Part shown: piece by piece, positions 9,425 to 19,100 of the stretch | Position numbering within the stretch: the stretch's first letter is position 1 | How the letters are laid out: every line of letters begins with the position of its first letter | Origin: an uncultured Lentimicrobiaceae bacterium | GTDB lineage: Bacteria; Bacteroidota; Bacteroidia; Bacteroidales; 4484-276 | Direction of reading: 5' to 3' | NCBI GenBank assembly: GCA_964490385.1 | Contig: CAZBDF010000002.1 | Span: 1 to 34,429 of the forward strand | Length of the DNA: 34,429 nt | The notes under the pieces: model-generated | Database searches by the model: none | The model's input: the letters and a program-made list of their open reading frames with translations, nothing else | Told to the model about the DNA's origin: nothing | Program-made: the position numbers and the translations under genes

Positions 9425-9565
9425 GTCATTTGTTGTCATTAGGCTTCGCCGTCATTAGCTACGCTGTCATTAGGCTTCGCAGTCATTGGGCTCCGCCGTC
9501 ATTAGCTCCGCAGTCATTTATTGTAAACCTACCAATGACCACCAATGACCACCAATGACTTTTTA
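9425..9565. repeat. Intergenic array of seven direct GTCATT motifs followed by three inverted AATGAC motifs and a T-run. It is a possible multi-register terminator.
   Basis: - Five of the direct motifs form tandem 15-16-nt units of the GTCATTAGGCTTCGCC type.
- GTCATT occurs at 9425, 9435, 9451, 9466, 9482, 9498 and 9513.
- The inverted motifs are in CCAATGACCA x3, with AATGAC at 9534, 9544 and 9554.
- TTTTTATT follows at 9560.
- AGTCATT (9512-9518) and AATGACT (9554-9560) are perfectly complementary.
- The array lies 27 nt after the fibre gene stop. Confidence 0.75.
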
Positions 9566-9668
9566 TTGAAAAACGACGCTAATCATATCAAACCTATCAA
9601 TCACCCGAATAATTAAACTATTTTAAAATAGATACCTCAAGGGTATGAAGTGAAAACCCTGAAACCTT

Positions 9669-12600
9669 ATGGCAGAACCTATTACCATACCTAAAGACAA
9701 ATCCAGCTTCCCCGAATATCTCGATTTTTTCAAACTCAGGGAATTAGGCCTGGAACATGTACAAAAGCTTGGAAGTGAGCTATGGACAGACTATAACCTC
9801 CATGATCCGGGAGTTACTATTCTCGAGGTGCTATGCTATGCCATTACCGATTTGGGTTACCGTGCTAATTTTGACATAAAGGACCTGCTCGCAAGGAGTG
9901 AACAGGATAAAAATACTTCAATAAAAACTCCTTTTGGACAAGCTCACGACAATAATTTCTACACGGCCGCCAACATATTAGGATGCAATCCATTAACGGT
10001 AAATGATTTCAGGAAACTCCTTATTGATATCCCGGGCGTACGAAATGCATGGCTTGAAAAATCAGCAGGACAGGAAATACGGATAGGTGTTGATAAAGAT
10101 AAAAAAGAACTCTACTACCTTGATAAAAATAACACAAATCAGGAGGATCAGAAAAACAATACTGAAGATACTGTTGAACTGAAAATAAATGGACTTTATG
10201 ATATCTGTGTTGAAATTGAACCCCAACTTATAGTAGATGCTTGTGGCAGGACAGTGATTTCCCAAGAAGACATCATCAAAAAAGTTTATGAAGTATTCCA
10301 CATGCACCGAAATTTATGTGAAGATATAAGGGATGTTGTAATTTATGGTGAAGAGGAAATAGCCATTTGTGCCGATATTGAACTTACTGCCGAAGCTGAA
10401 CCCGAAGAGGTAATGCTGCAAATTTTCCTTCATATCGAGGAATTCCTATCCCCCACCCTTCGGTTTTATACCCTTCAGGAGATGATAGAAAAGGGTAGAG
10501 CTGTTGAGGAAATTTTTGAAGGCCGCCCGATGACGGTTCCAGATATTCAATCTGAAGATGAGAGCATTAAGAACTCCAAAGACTTAAACCTTATCCCCGG
10601 CCATGGATTTATCGATACCGATGAACTGAAAAAACTGGAGCCTCAATCCAGGATACATGTATCGGATATTCATGAAAAAATCATGGATATTGAAGGCGTA
10701 TTGGCGATACACAAATTGGTGCTTGTAAATTACATTAATGATCTGCCACTGACAAAAGGCGAGAAGTGGTGCCTTCCATTGACCAGGGCTTACAGGCCAC
10801 ACATTGGAATCAATTCATCCAAAGTCAATTTCCTGAAAGGGCCGCTTTATTTCTCCTATGATAAAGAAGAAATCAAACAACGCTTTAACCAGGAAAAGTT
10901 TGCAAAAACCAAGGCCAGCCTCGAACCCTACCAGCTCGATCTTTCAATTCCGGGGGGAACCCATCGCGATTTGCTGGATTACACTTCAATTCAACATGAA
11001 TTTCCGCTCACCTATGGCATTGGCAGTGAAGGAATCGCCGACATGCCTACACCAGTTAGGCAAGCAAAGGCACGCCAGTTGAAGGCATACCTGTTATTTT
11101 TTGATCAGATCCTGGCCAACTACCTTTCGCAACTTTCGCATATCAGGGAACTTTTTGCCATGCAATCAGTCCCCGGGAAAGATCAACAGAATGGCTGCCA
11201 CACCTATTTCACGCAAGGATTAGATGATGTGCCGGGGGTAAAAGATCTAATAAAAAATTTCAACACCTGCCATACATCGTGTTCTAACGAAAGATTTCCT
11301 GAAGACTATCCCAGCTACCTGTCATGCATAACCGAAAATAAAAAGGACTACGAAAAAAGGAGAAATCGTTTTCTGGATCACCTGCTGTCCAGGTTTTCAG
11401 AATCGTTTACCGATTACGCGATGCTGGTATATAAACTTCAAAAAGAAAACAGGAACGAGCAGGACATCATCAACAGCAAGGTTTCGTTTTTAGAAAAATA
11501 TCCCGACATCAGCCGTAACAGGGGAAAAGCCTTTGATATGCTTGAGAAGCCGGTTTGGAATACCGAAAATGTGGCCGGGTTAAAAAAGAGGATATCAGCT
11601 TTATTGGGTATTGAAAATGCAAGGCGGGAAACTTTAAGCACGGGCGAAATAGTAGAAGAAGCTGGGGGATGGTTTTATGTTGTAAAGGACAAGCAGGGGA
11701 AAGATACACTGAAAAGTAAGAAATCTTATTTAGACAAACCCTCGGCAGAATCTGCATTCGAAGCCATCCAGGCGCGGTTGAAAGATCAGGATCAATACCA
11801 CGTGCTGAGTTATAAAATACCGGAACTTGATGGATACAGCTATCGCCAGGGCCGGAAAATAAAAGATGTTGTTCAATATGGTTTTGTCTTTGTTGGTGGC
11901 CTGGAAGACCGGGACAGGCCTGAGGTCATCGCCCAAAGTGTTACCAGGTTCGATACAAAGGGAGCGTGCGAAGAAGCCCTTTACAGGTTTATTTGCCAGG
12001 CAAAGTTTAACGATATCGCCTGCAAGGTAGAACAGGAAAAAGAATGTTATGAATATTTGTTATTTGATGCCAGGTATGAAAATATATTTTTCAGGAGTTT
12101 CAAGGGCTATCATACCATCAGCATTTGCGAAAAGGCTTACCGGCTTTTTATCAAAAGTGCAGTTGATGAAAATAAATATGAAGATATTGAGGAGAACGGA
12201 AAATACGGGTTTGAATTATTTAGGACAAGGGCTAAGAAAAAAACTATCGTGGCAATCCATCCTAATTGGTATGAAACTGACCAGGAAAGACAAGACCGTA
12301 AATGGGCCATTATCTATTACCTCGACGAAACAATCCCCGAACCTGAATTTGGAGGGACACCCGGACATTTTGAACTTGTGGTTAAAGATCAGCAGGAGCA
12401 AACTTTACTGATCAGCCCTGCCGAAAATAGCGTCACTTTTTACAAAACCGAGGCCCATGCCCGGCGTGCCTACCAGAAAATACGTCGCAGGGCAAGTGAT
12501 GTAAGTAAGGAATATTACGTTTTGCTTAATGGCCCGGAAGAGGACAAACCCTTCGGTTTTTTAATCTCCGACCGCGACAACACCATCCTTGCCCAACACC

Positions 12601-15600
12601 CTGTGCAATACGCTTCAGAAGCGGAGCGCGCCCTGGCAATTAACATGCTGATGTTTGGAATACGAAATCAAGCTGCCAGCTACCGGCACATGCAGGAAGA
12701 GGAGGGATACAGGTTTGAGTTGTTGGATATGGATCATGTAGTAATTATGCGCGCCGCCGGGTTATACAGCGATGCCGAAGCTTCGGAAGCCGGGTGGAAT
12801 GAATTGCAGGACCAGGCCTGTGCTTACAGTAATTATCGGCTAATCAATGATGAAGGTGCTAAATATCCATTCTCTTTTGAGCTGCTTGGCAAATCAAAAA
12901 ATATATTGGCAATCCATACAAAGTCTTATGCTACCGAAAGCACGCGCGACCTAATGCTCCAATCGGTAATAAATTACTCCTGTTACACTGAATATGATGT
13001 AAATATTACAGGCACTGCCGGGACATATACCTATGCCCTCAAGGGTAAAGATGGAAGAATTCTTTTGGAGAGTGCCGACCGTTTTGCTGATGAATCGACA
13101 GCCAGGTCAGCTTATTGGGAAATGGTGCAACTGGCCAAAGAACATGCAAATTACTTTATAGAGCTACCTGAATTCCGCTTTGAGATAATGAATGAAGATC
13201 ACCAGGCTATTGCCCACCCTCCCACGGATTACAACTTCGTTTCGGTGAACGAGAGGGAAGCGGCGATTGCAATGATTATGGCCTATCTAAGGGACGATAA
13301 GGTAAACTATGAGATCGAAAATGTGAGAGGTTCTTTTTACAGTAAAATTACCGATGGCAATAAAAACCGCTTACTAAAAGGATGCACCTTATCTCCTTCC
13401 CACGAAAAGGCCGAAGTTGAGTTGGAAGCATTAACAGGTAATAAGAACGATGATGCCAGCACGGGCTTTGTGCAGGATCCGAAGTATTATAAGATTTCAG
13501 AAAACCTTAAAAATAATTGCCCTTATGGCTTTTATATTCAAAATGAGGATGGGAACATGCTTGCCCGTCATCCACTTAAATATCATACAACTGATGCGCT
13601 TTACAAGGCACAGCTTAATGTATTATCCTGGGTATCCGACTGGAAAAAGTTGAAGCATGATATCATTAGGCCACATCAGTGGAATGAACTAAAAGACTGG
13701 GATGAAAATGTCTTGCTCATGGTCGATTCGCTGTATCTTAATGACGAGGGGATTGATTCATTCAAAAAACTGGCATCCAAGGAGAAATACTATTCAATCG
13801 AGAACAAAGACAATTTTTCCCAAATCGTTGTCAGGGATCATAACAAAAGATACCTGGCCTATCATCCAAGATATTTTCAAACTAAAAAAGATGCTGAAAA
13901 ATACATCGCGACGATTCTCCTTTTCATCAAGCTGAATGGGGTAAGCTACACGTTTTTTGATACAGAAAAAAGATACACTATTGTAAATGAAAAGGGTGGT
14001 GACTTGCTGGTTTGTGTAAAAGAGATAAGGAATTACAAGGCTGCAACAGAAGTTTTATTGAAAGTGTGTGAGCTGGGAAGTTCAGCAGGAAATTATAAAC
14101 TTGTGCCCGGGCATGAAACTCCTGCTAAAAATGAGAAGGCCGGGCCAGCAGATGACCCCGAGGCCACAGATGAGAATCATGCGACAGATCATCCTGAGGG
14201 CACAAAAACGGAAGTTCCTACCGAAATCCCACACCAGGAAGAGCCAGCCACTTATGGTTTTGAACTATTGAATAATGAAGTCCCCATTGCGCGGAATGTA
14301 AACATTTACAGCAGCGCGACGGAACGCGACGATGCCTTGAAAGAACTGATAGCGATACTACTTAGCGATCATATTCCCTCCAGGCTAACAAGCCGGATTG
14401 AAAAGTTTTGTTACGAACTCACAGATTTCTCAGGCAAAGTATTACTTAGTTCACGCAATTTTAAGGAATTTAATTCGAGGGAGGAAGCCGCTCAAGCAAA
14501 CAATTACAATAAATATTTGGCACTGGCAATAGAAGCAAAAAACTATACATCCCAGTTACGATACCAAAAAGTGCCTGACGAAAACCACGAGCAGTGTTTC
14601 CACTCCTTTCATATTGCCGATCCTGATGCTGCCGATGAATCCACCCTGTTTGGACATCCATCGGAATATACCTGTCAGCAAGGGCGCGATGAAATGATTG
14701 CTACGATAATTATCTTGCTTTCGAGCAAACAATATAATTGCTCCATTGAAGGAATTCCCTGTGGTTTTACTTTTAGCATGAAATTCAAAATGCCTTTCGG
14801 TAGCGACGAAAAAGCAATCAAGGATAAAAATCCAGATCAGAAAGGAAAAATAAGTCGGAAAACAAATGAACAAAGCAATATACTGGTAAAGATTGTTGGA
14901 GCCATTCACTATCCAAGCAGAGGTGAAGCCTGGAAAATAGCCAGTCGTACAGGTGATCTCCTGAAAAACGCGGATCAATATATTGATCCGGGTGTAGAGG
15001 AAGAAGCCATCTGGTTGGTCAAAAATTCAACTGGGGAAACAGTAGCCCGGATATACGCGGATGGTGGAAATGAAGAGGAGGTCAGGGATTTCATCATTCA
15101 TACCATGACCCATTCAGTAGCAGGAATACCTTATAATGTGCGATACCAGGAACGGGCACTTTATTATCAACTTGAAGAAGGCGGCTCTACCTTGTTAAAA
15201 AGCACGAAGGGAATTGATTGTCCCATTTTCGCTCATGGGAACGGATCAACCAATAGCGAGGAAAAGGTAGTTCAGGAACAAGATGCCCATCAAAAAGCCT
15301 GCGAGTTAAGCAACGAAATAAGTGAATATGCACAGCATGAAAAATACTATCGCTTCATAAGTAATGAAGAGGAATGCCTGCATGGTTTCGAGGTAGTGGG
15401 TGGTACCGGCACTTCAATTGCAACGCACGACCATCTGTATTTGAGTAAAGTTGAAAGCAGGAATGCTATAGGAAAAATCATTCAAAAATTAAATAATGAA
15501 GGGATGCACCTGCTTGAGCATATCCTGTTGAGGCCCCGGAATAGTGGTTTGGCCCTCAACGATCAATTAGATATTTCAGGTGAAGAAACCATGTTGCAGA

Positions 15601-16106
15601 GGTCAACAACCGGTATCACTAACATCAGCGAAACCCGCTCAAGCATCAACATAAATGAAAAGCCCGGGCGAAACCCGGAAGCTGACAAATTCTTGCCCAT
15701 ACCCATTTTATGCCATACTGACGATGATAACTTTTGCCCCGAACTTAGCGACCCATATTCATTCCGTGTAACCATAGTATTGCCCTACTGGCCTAAACGT
15801 TTTAATGACCCCGGGTTCAGGGAATTTATGGAAACCACCCTTCGAAGGGAAGCACCGGCTCACATCCTGCCGAGGATTTGCTGGCTGGACACCTGTCAGA
15901 TGAAAGCTTTTGAAAAGGCTTATCAACGTTGGCTCAACACGCTGGATATTCAGAACAAGCATTGCGATGCAACGGCGGCCCGCGATGAACTTATCGAAGT
16001 ATTGAAACAACTCCGAAGTATATACCCCGAGGCACATCTACACGATTGCGAGCAAAGGGGCTTAGATAATAATAAGGTGATCCTCGATCACACCCGATTA
16101 GGTTAA
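9669..16106 (+). CDS. Giant (2145 aa) Cis12-like baseplate wedge protein carrying a central array of ~20 degenerate ~55-aa repeats.
   Basis: - N-terminus: WTDYNLHDPGVTILEVLCYAITDLGYRANFDIKDLL, the HDPG..LE.l.Y..D.L.YR pattern shared with gp6/gp7-type wedge proteins of phage-tail-like clusters.
- C-terminus: MHLLEHILLRPR and DPYSFRVTIVLPYWPKRFNDPGFREFMETTLRREAPAHILPRICWLD, which I recall as typical of eCIS wedge proteins.
- Central ~1280 aa: repeated F.F.l.d..g..la.h...Y.s..eA...i modules (see findings). Confidence 0.6.
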   Translation: MAEPITIPKDKSSFPEYLDFFKLRELGLEHVQKLGSELWTDYNLHDPGVTILEVLCYAITDLGYRANFDIKDLLARSEQDKNTSIKTPFGQAHDNNFYTAANILGCNPLTVNDFRKLLIDIPGVRNAWLEKSAGQEIRIGVDKDKKELYYLDKNNTNQEDQKNNTEDTVELKINGLYDICVEIEPQLIVDACGRTVISQEDIIKKVYEVFHMHRNLCEDIRDVVIYGEEEIAICADIELTAEAEPEEVMLQIFLHIEEFLSPTLRFYTLQEMIEKGRAVEEIFEGRPMTVPDIQSEDESIKNSKDLNLIPGHGFIDTDELKKLEPQSRIHVSDIHEKIMDIEGVLAIHKLVLVNYINDLPLTKGEKWCLPLTRAYRPHIGINSSKVNFLKGPLYFSYDKEEIKQRFNQEKFAKTKASLEPYQLDLSIPGGTHRDLLDYTSIQHEFPLTYGIGSEGIADMPTPVRQAKARQLKAYLLFFDQILANYLSQLSHIRELFAMQSVPGKDQQNGCHTYFTQGLDDVPGVKDLIKNFNTCHTSCSNERFPEDYPSYLSCITENKKDYEKRRNRFLDHLLSRFSESFTDYAMLVYKLQKENRNEQDIINSKVSFLEKYPDISRNRGKAFDMLEKPVWNTENVAGLKKRISALLGIENARRETLSTGEIVEEAGGWFYVVKDKQGKDTLKSKKSYLDKPSAESAFEAIQARLKDQDQYHVLSYKIPELDGYSYRQGRKIKDVVQYGFVFVGGLEDRDRPEVIAQSVTRFDTKGACEEALYRFICQAKFNDIACKVEQEKECYEYLLFDARYENIFFRSFKGYHTISICEKAYRLFIKSAVDENKYEDIEENGKYGFELFRTRAKKKTIVAIHPNWYETDQERQDRKWAIIYYLDETIPEPEFGGTPGHFELVVKDQQEQTLLISPAENSVTFYKTEAHARRAYQKIRRRASDVSKEYYVLLNGPEEDKPFGFLISDRDNTILAQHPVQYASEAERALAINMLMFGIRNQAASYRHMQEEEGYRFELLDMDHVVIMRAAGLYSDAEASEAGWNELQDQACAYSNYRLINDEGAKYPFSFELLGKSKNILAIHTKSYATESTRDLMLQSVINYSCYTEYDVNITGTAGTYTYALKGKDGRILLESADRFADESTARSAYWEMVQLAKEHANYFIELPEFRFEIMNEDHQAIAHPPTDYNFVSVNEREAAIAMIMAYLRDDKVNYEIENVRGSFYSKITDGNKNRLLKGCTLSPSHEKAEVELEALTGNKNDDASTGFVQDPKYYKISENLKNNCPYGFYIQNEDGNMLARHPLKYHTTDALYKAQLNVLSWVSDWKKLKHDIIRPHQWNELKDWDENVLLMVDSLYLNDEGIDSFKKLASKEKYYSIENKDNFSQIVVRDHNKRYLAYHPRYFQTKKDAEKYIATILLFIKLNGVSYTFFDTEKRYTIVNEKGGDLLVCVKEIRNYKAATEVLLKVCELGSSAGNYKLVPGHETPAKNEKAGPADDPEATDENHATDHPEGTKTEVPTEIPHQEEPATYGFELLNNEVPIARNVNIYSSATERDDALKELIAILLSDHIPSRLTSRIEKFCYELTDFSGKVLLSSRNFKEFNSREEAAQANNYNKYLALAIEAKNYTSQLRYQKVPDENHEQCFHSFHIADPDAADESTLFGHPSEYTCQQGRDEMIATIIILLSSKQYNCSIEGIPCGFTFSMKFKMPFGSDEKAIKDKNPDQKGKISRKTNEQSNILVKIVGAIHYPSRGEAWKIASRTGDLLKNADQYIDPGVEEEAIWLVKNSTGETVARIYADGGNEEEVRDFIIHTMTHSVAGIPYNVRYQERALYYQLEEGGSTLLKSTKGIDCPIFAHGNGSTNSEEKVVQEQDAHQKACELSNEISEYAQHEKYYRFISNEEECLHGFEVVGGTGTSIATHDHLYLSKVESRNAIGKIIQKLNNEGMHLLEHILLRPRNSGLALNDQLDISGEETMLQRSTTGITNISETRSSININEKPGRNPEADKFLPIPILCHTDDDNFCPELSDPYSFRVTIVLPYWPKRFNDPGFREFMETTLRREAPAHILPRICWLDTCQMKAFEKAYQRWLNTLDIQNKHCDATAARDELIEVLKQLRSIYPEAHLHDCEQRGLDNNKVILDHTRLG

Positions 16107-16122
16107 TTTAAAATATCAAGAT

Positions 16123-19100
16123 ATGAGTGCTTATACCCAAACCGCGTATCCGTTTTTTAGAAAAGGTCAGGTGCTAAAAAACACCGACCTGAACAACATG
16201 GTCGATTACCTGGATCAGCACAATAGATTTACCAGGGTGCTGGTTGTAGGGTCTGGAATTTTTTCGGGACTGGAAGTTGACCTGGTTTTGGAAGGATCAG
16301 AATATACAATTAAGGTAAGCCAGGGTTTCGGCCTCAGTTCCGATGGTTTTATTATCCAATTGAAAAAGGAGGTTCCCAATATTCCTTTTGAATTCACGCA
16401 TTACCGGAAGTTAACCCTGTCCGACAATGATTTTAAATGTAAGAAACCTGACGGGCCTGATTTACCCGAACCGGTTTCTTTTGATGCTTATGAATTATTG
16501 GAAGATATTGATGAAAATGCTGACACTACAGGTGTCGCACCACTTTACTCCTTGCCCGAGAATCTGGAAACAAACACCCATTTCTGCCTTGTTCTCTGGG
16601 TGTCAAGGGAAGAAAAAGACAGGCCCTATTGCATTGATATTTGCGATGAATCAGGTGCTGACTTAAACTTTACCATAAAACCATTATTGGTTCCGTCGGA
16701 CATTTTCAATACCGCGGATCAGAATGGCAGTGGAGAAAGTACAGCAAATGGTTTTATTGCTCCTCCACAAGTGAAGTTGCGGCCTTTCGGTTACCAGGTA
16801 TCGTCCGTAAATAATCCAATAACTGGGTCGCAAGAGGATATCTCGGTGGTAAATCCTTCGCTGGTTGAAGATCATAACGATTTCCTGGAGAATTATAAAA
16901 GCATTATCCATAAACTCATCAACCAGGAATATACCATCAGCGATGCCTATGATTGGGCCTACAAACATATGCAATGGCTCGGTCTGGAAGGGGATGAGAA
17001 TCCGTTTGCCGATCTTAAGGCAAATCTTAATTCGTTATTGGAGACCTTTTCAGCCCCGCTTATAAACGAGGATGGATCATCACAAAACATCGAAATCCAG
17101 TACCTGTATAGCTACCTGCATGATTTGCTTGGAGCCTATGAAGAATTTGTTAAAATGGCCTGCTCATTACAAACAGCCGTACTTCCACTTGTATGCAAGC
17201 ATGTACGTTATGTTGGGCTTGCAGGGTTTGCCGTAGATGTTGAAGGCCGGGCCATAAATGAAGAAGATTCAAATTGCCGTACAGCTTTTCAATCCTCATT
17301 ATTTTATGAGGGTAACAATTCCAGGATACAGGAGACGGAGTTTTATTTCAAGCGGATGGTAAAATTGGCTACTGATCTTACAATGGTCGACCTTCCTCTC
17401 ACCAAGGCAGCTCCGGAGGATATCGCGAATATCATTGTAACACCTGGACGTACACCATCACTTCCCTTGAGCAAGCAGGCCTTTCCCTATTATTACAATA
17501 ATGATTCAAAGAAATATTGGTCATACCATACGAAAATGGATTGTTTTGACCCAAAGATACTGGGATACAGGGACCACACAATTGATACATTGTTTACGGA
17601 AAACAATCCCTTGTTGCAGCACGACGATGAATTTACTTTTTACCGTGTTGAGGGCCATGTAGGCAAACAGGCTGATGAGGTTTACGATGCCATGAATTTC
17701 TGGGTGAATCAATTCAACCTGCCCTTCGATGTTCAATTTGTAAATCTACTTTCCTTCGATAATGATCTTATTGGATATTATGCCCCAGAACTGGAAATCC
17801 TACAATCCAAATATTCCCAGGTCAAAACTGATCTTATCGGGTATTTGATGGAAAATGATTTTCCTGTCCCCGGAGAAGATGTCCTGCCCGAAAAACTTGA
17901 ATATTTTTTGTGCAAAGCACTCTCGCAGTGGCTGAATAGCCTGAACAATTTTGATGTACCACTAAATGTGGATTGTTTTATTGCAGCTTTTTGGGCGCTT
18001 CAGTTGCACTTTGAAATGGAAAGCGAAACCTTCCGTTATGTCAATTCCTTTCATGAATTTGCTTTGCAACACCCGGGCTTGCTTCACAAGGGAGGGGCTC
18101 CTGCCGGCGGTACACTTGTAATTGTAAATGCCGTTGTCCCAAATGCCTTTGCCAGGGATCTCGTGATACAGTTAGAAAAAGAAAAGAGAAGTGGATCCAC
18201 CTCAGGAAATCAGTCCTCAGTTAAAATAATTCCAGACGAAAGCATCAGGGCACCACAAGGATCTAAACCACTGGGCGATCCCGGTGGTAGGGGATCATTT
18301 AAATCTCCGCCTACCAAAGACCCTGATGCACGCTCATTTACCGGACTTGAAAAAAGGTTTAGGGAAATGTTATCTGAAAACGCCACGCAGGTGGTTGTCG
18401 GGGATTTTTGCCTTCCCTACCGCTGTTGCAACAGCCTCAAAACACCCGAGCCCATGATCTATCTTTTGCCCGATGAATTTTGCAGCAACGATGAAAAAAT
18501 TTATGAAATTTGGACTTACCCCAGGGGCGGGACAATCAGGGGTGTTGTGAACGGGGAAATCCCTGATACAGGAGACTTGCCTGATTATATCAGTTTTGAT
18601 GATGCCCAACGAAAATATTTTTTCCATCCAGTGCAAGTTCCGCTTTCTAATGAGATTAGTGCAGAAGTTGTGATAACATACCATATTGGAAGCCTCACGG
18701 CAAAGTCGAAGCTAATGGTGTATAATAAACCAGGCCTACCTGAAATGAACGTGGGGGAAAATGTGCCAATATATGATAGCCAGTCTGTATTACATGCCCA
18801 AGAAATAACTTTCACAATTGAAAATAACAATGATAGCTACGCGTCTTACTGGATGGTGGATGGGGAACGCGTTGAACCACTTGCAGGAACTCCGGCCAAC
18901 ATATTGAAAAAAACATTTTATTACCACAACAAAACCCAATATGTAGTGTCCCACGTTTTTGGTAACGGTATTTGCGAAACTAAAACGGATGAAATAATTA
19001 ACCTTTGTGAAATGGTGGATACTGTTACAATAAGTATTGGAGGCGAAAAGACTTTTACCGAGAATCCTCAGGAAGATGAATCGTTGGATTTAGATGTCAG

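Noticed and set aside
9425-9565. Possible CRISPR array.
   Set aside because: The repeat units are only 10-16 nt and directly abutting, with no unique spacers. No cas genes are present.
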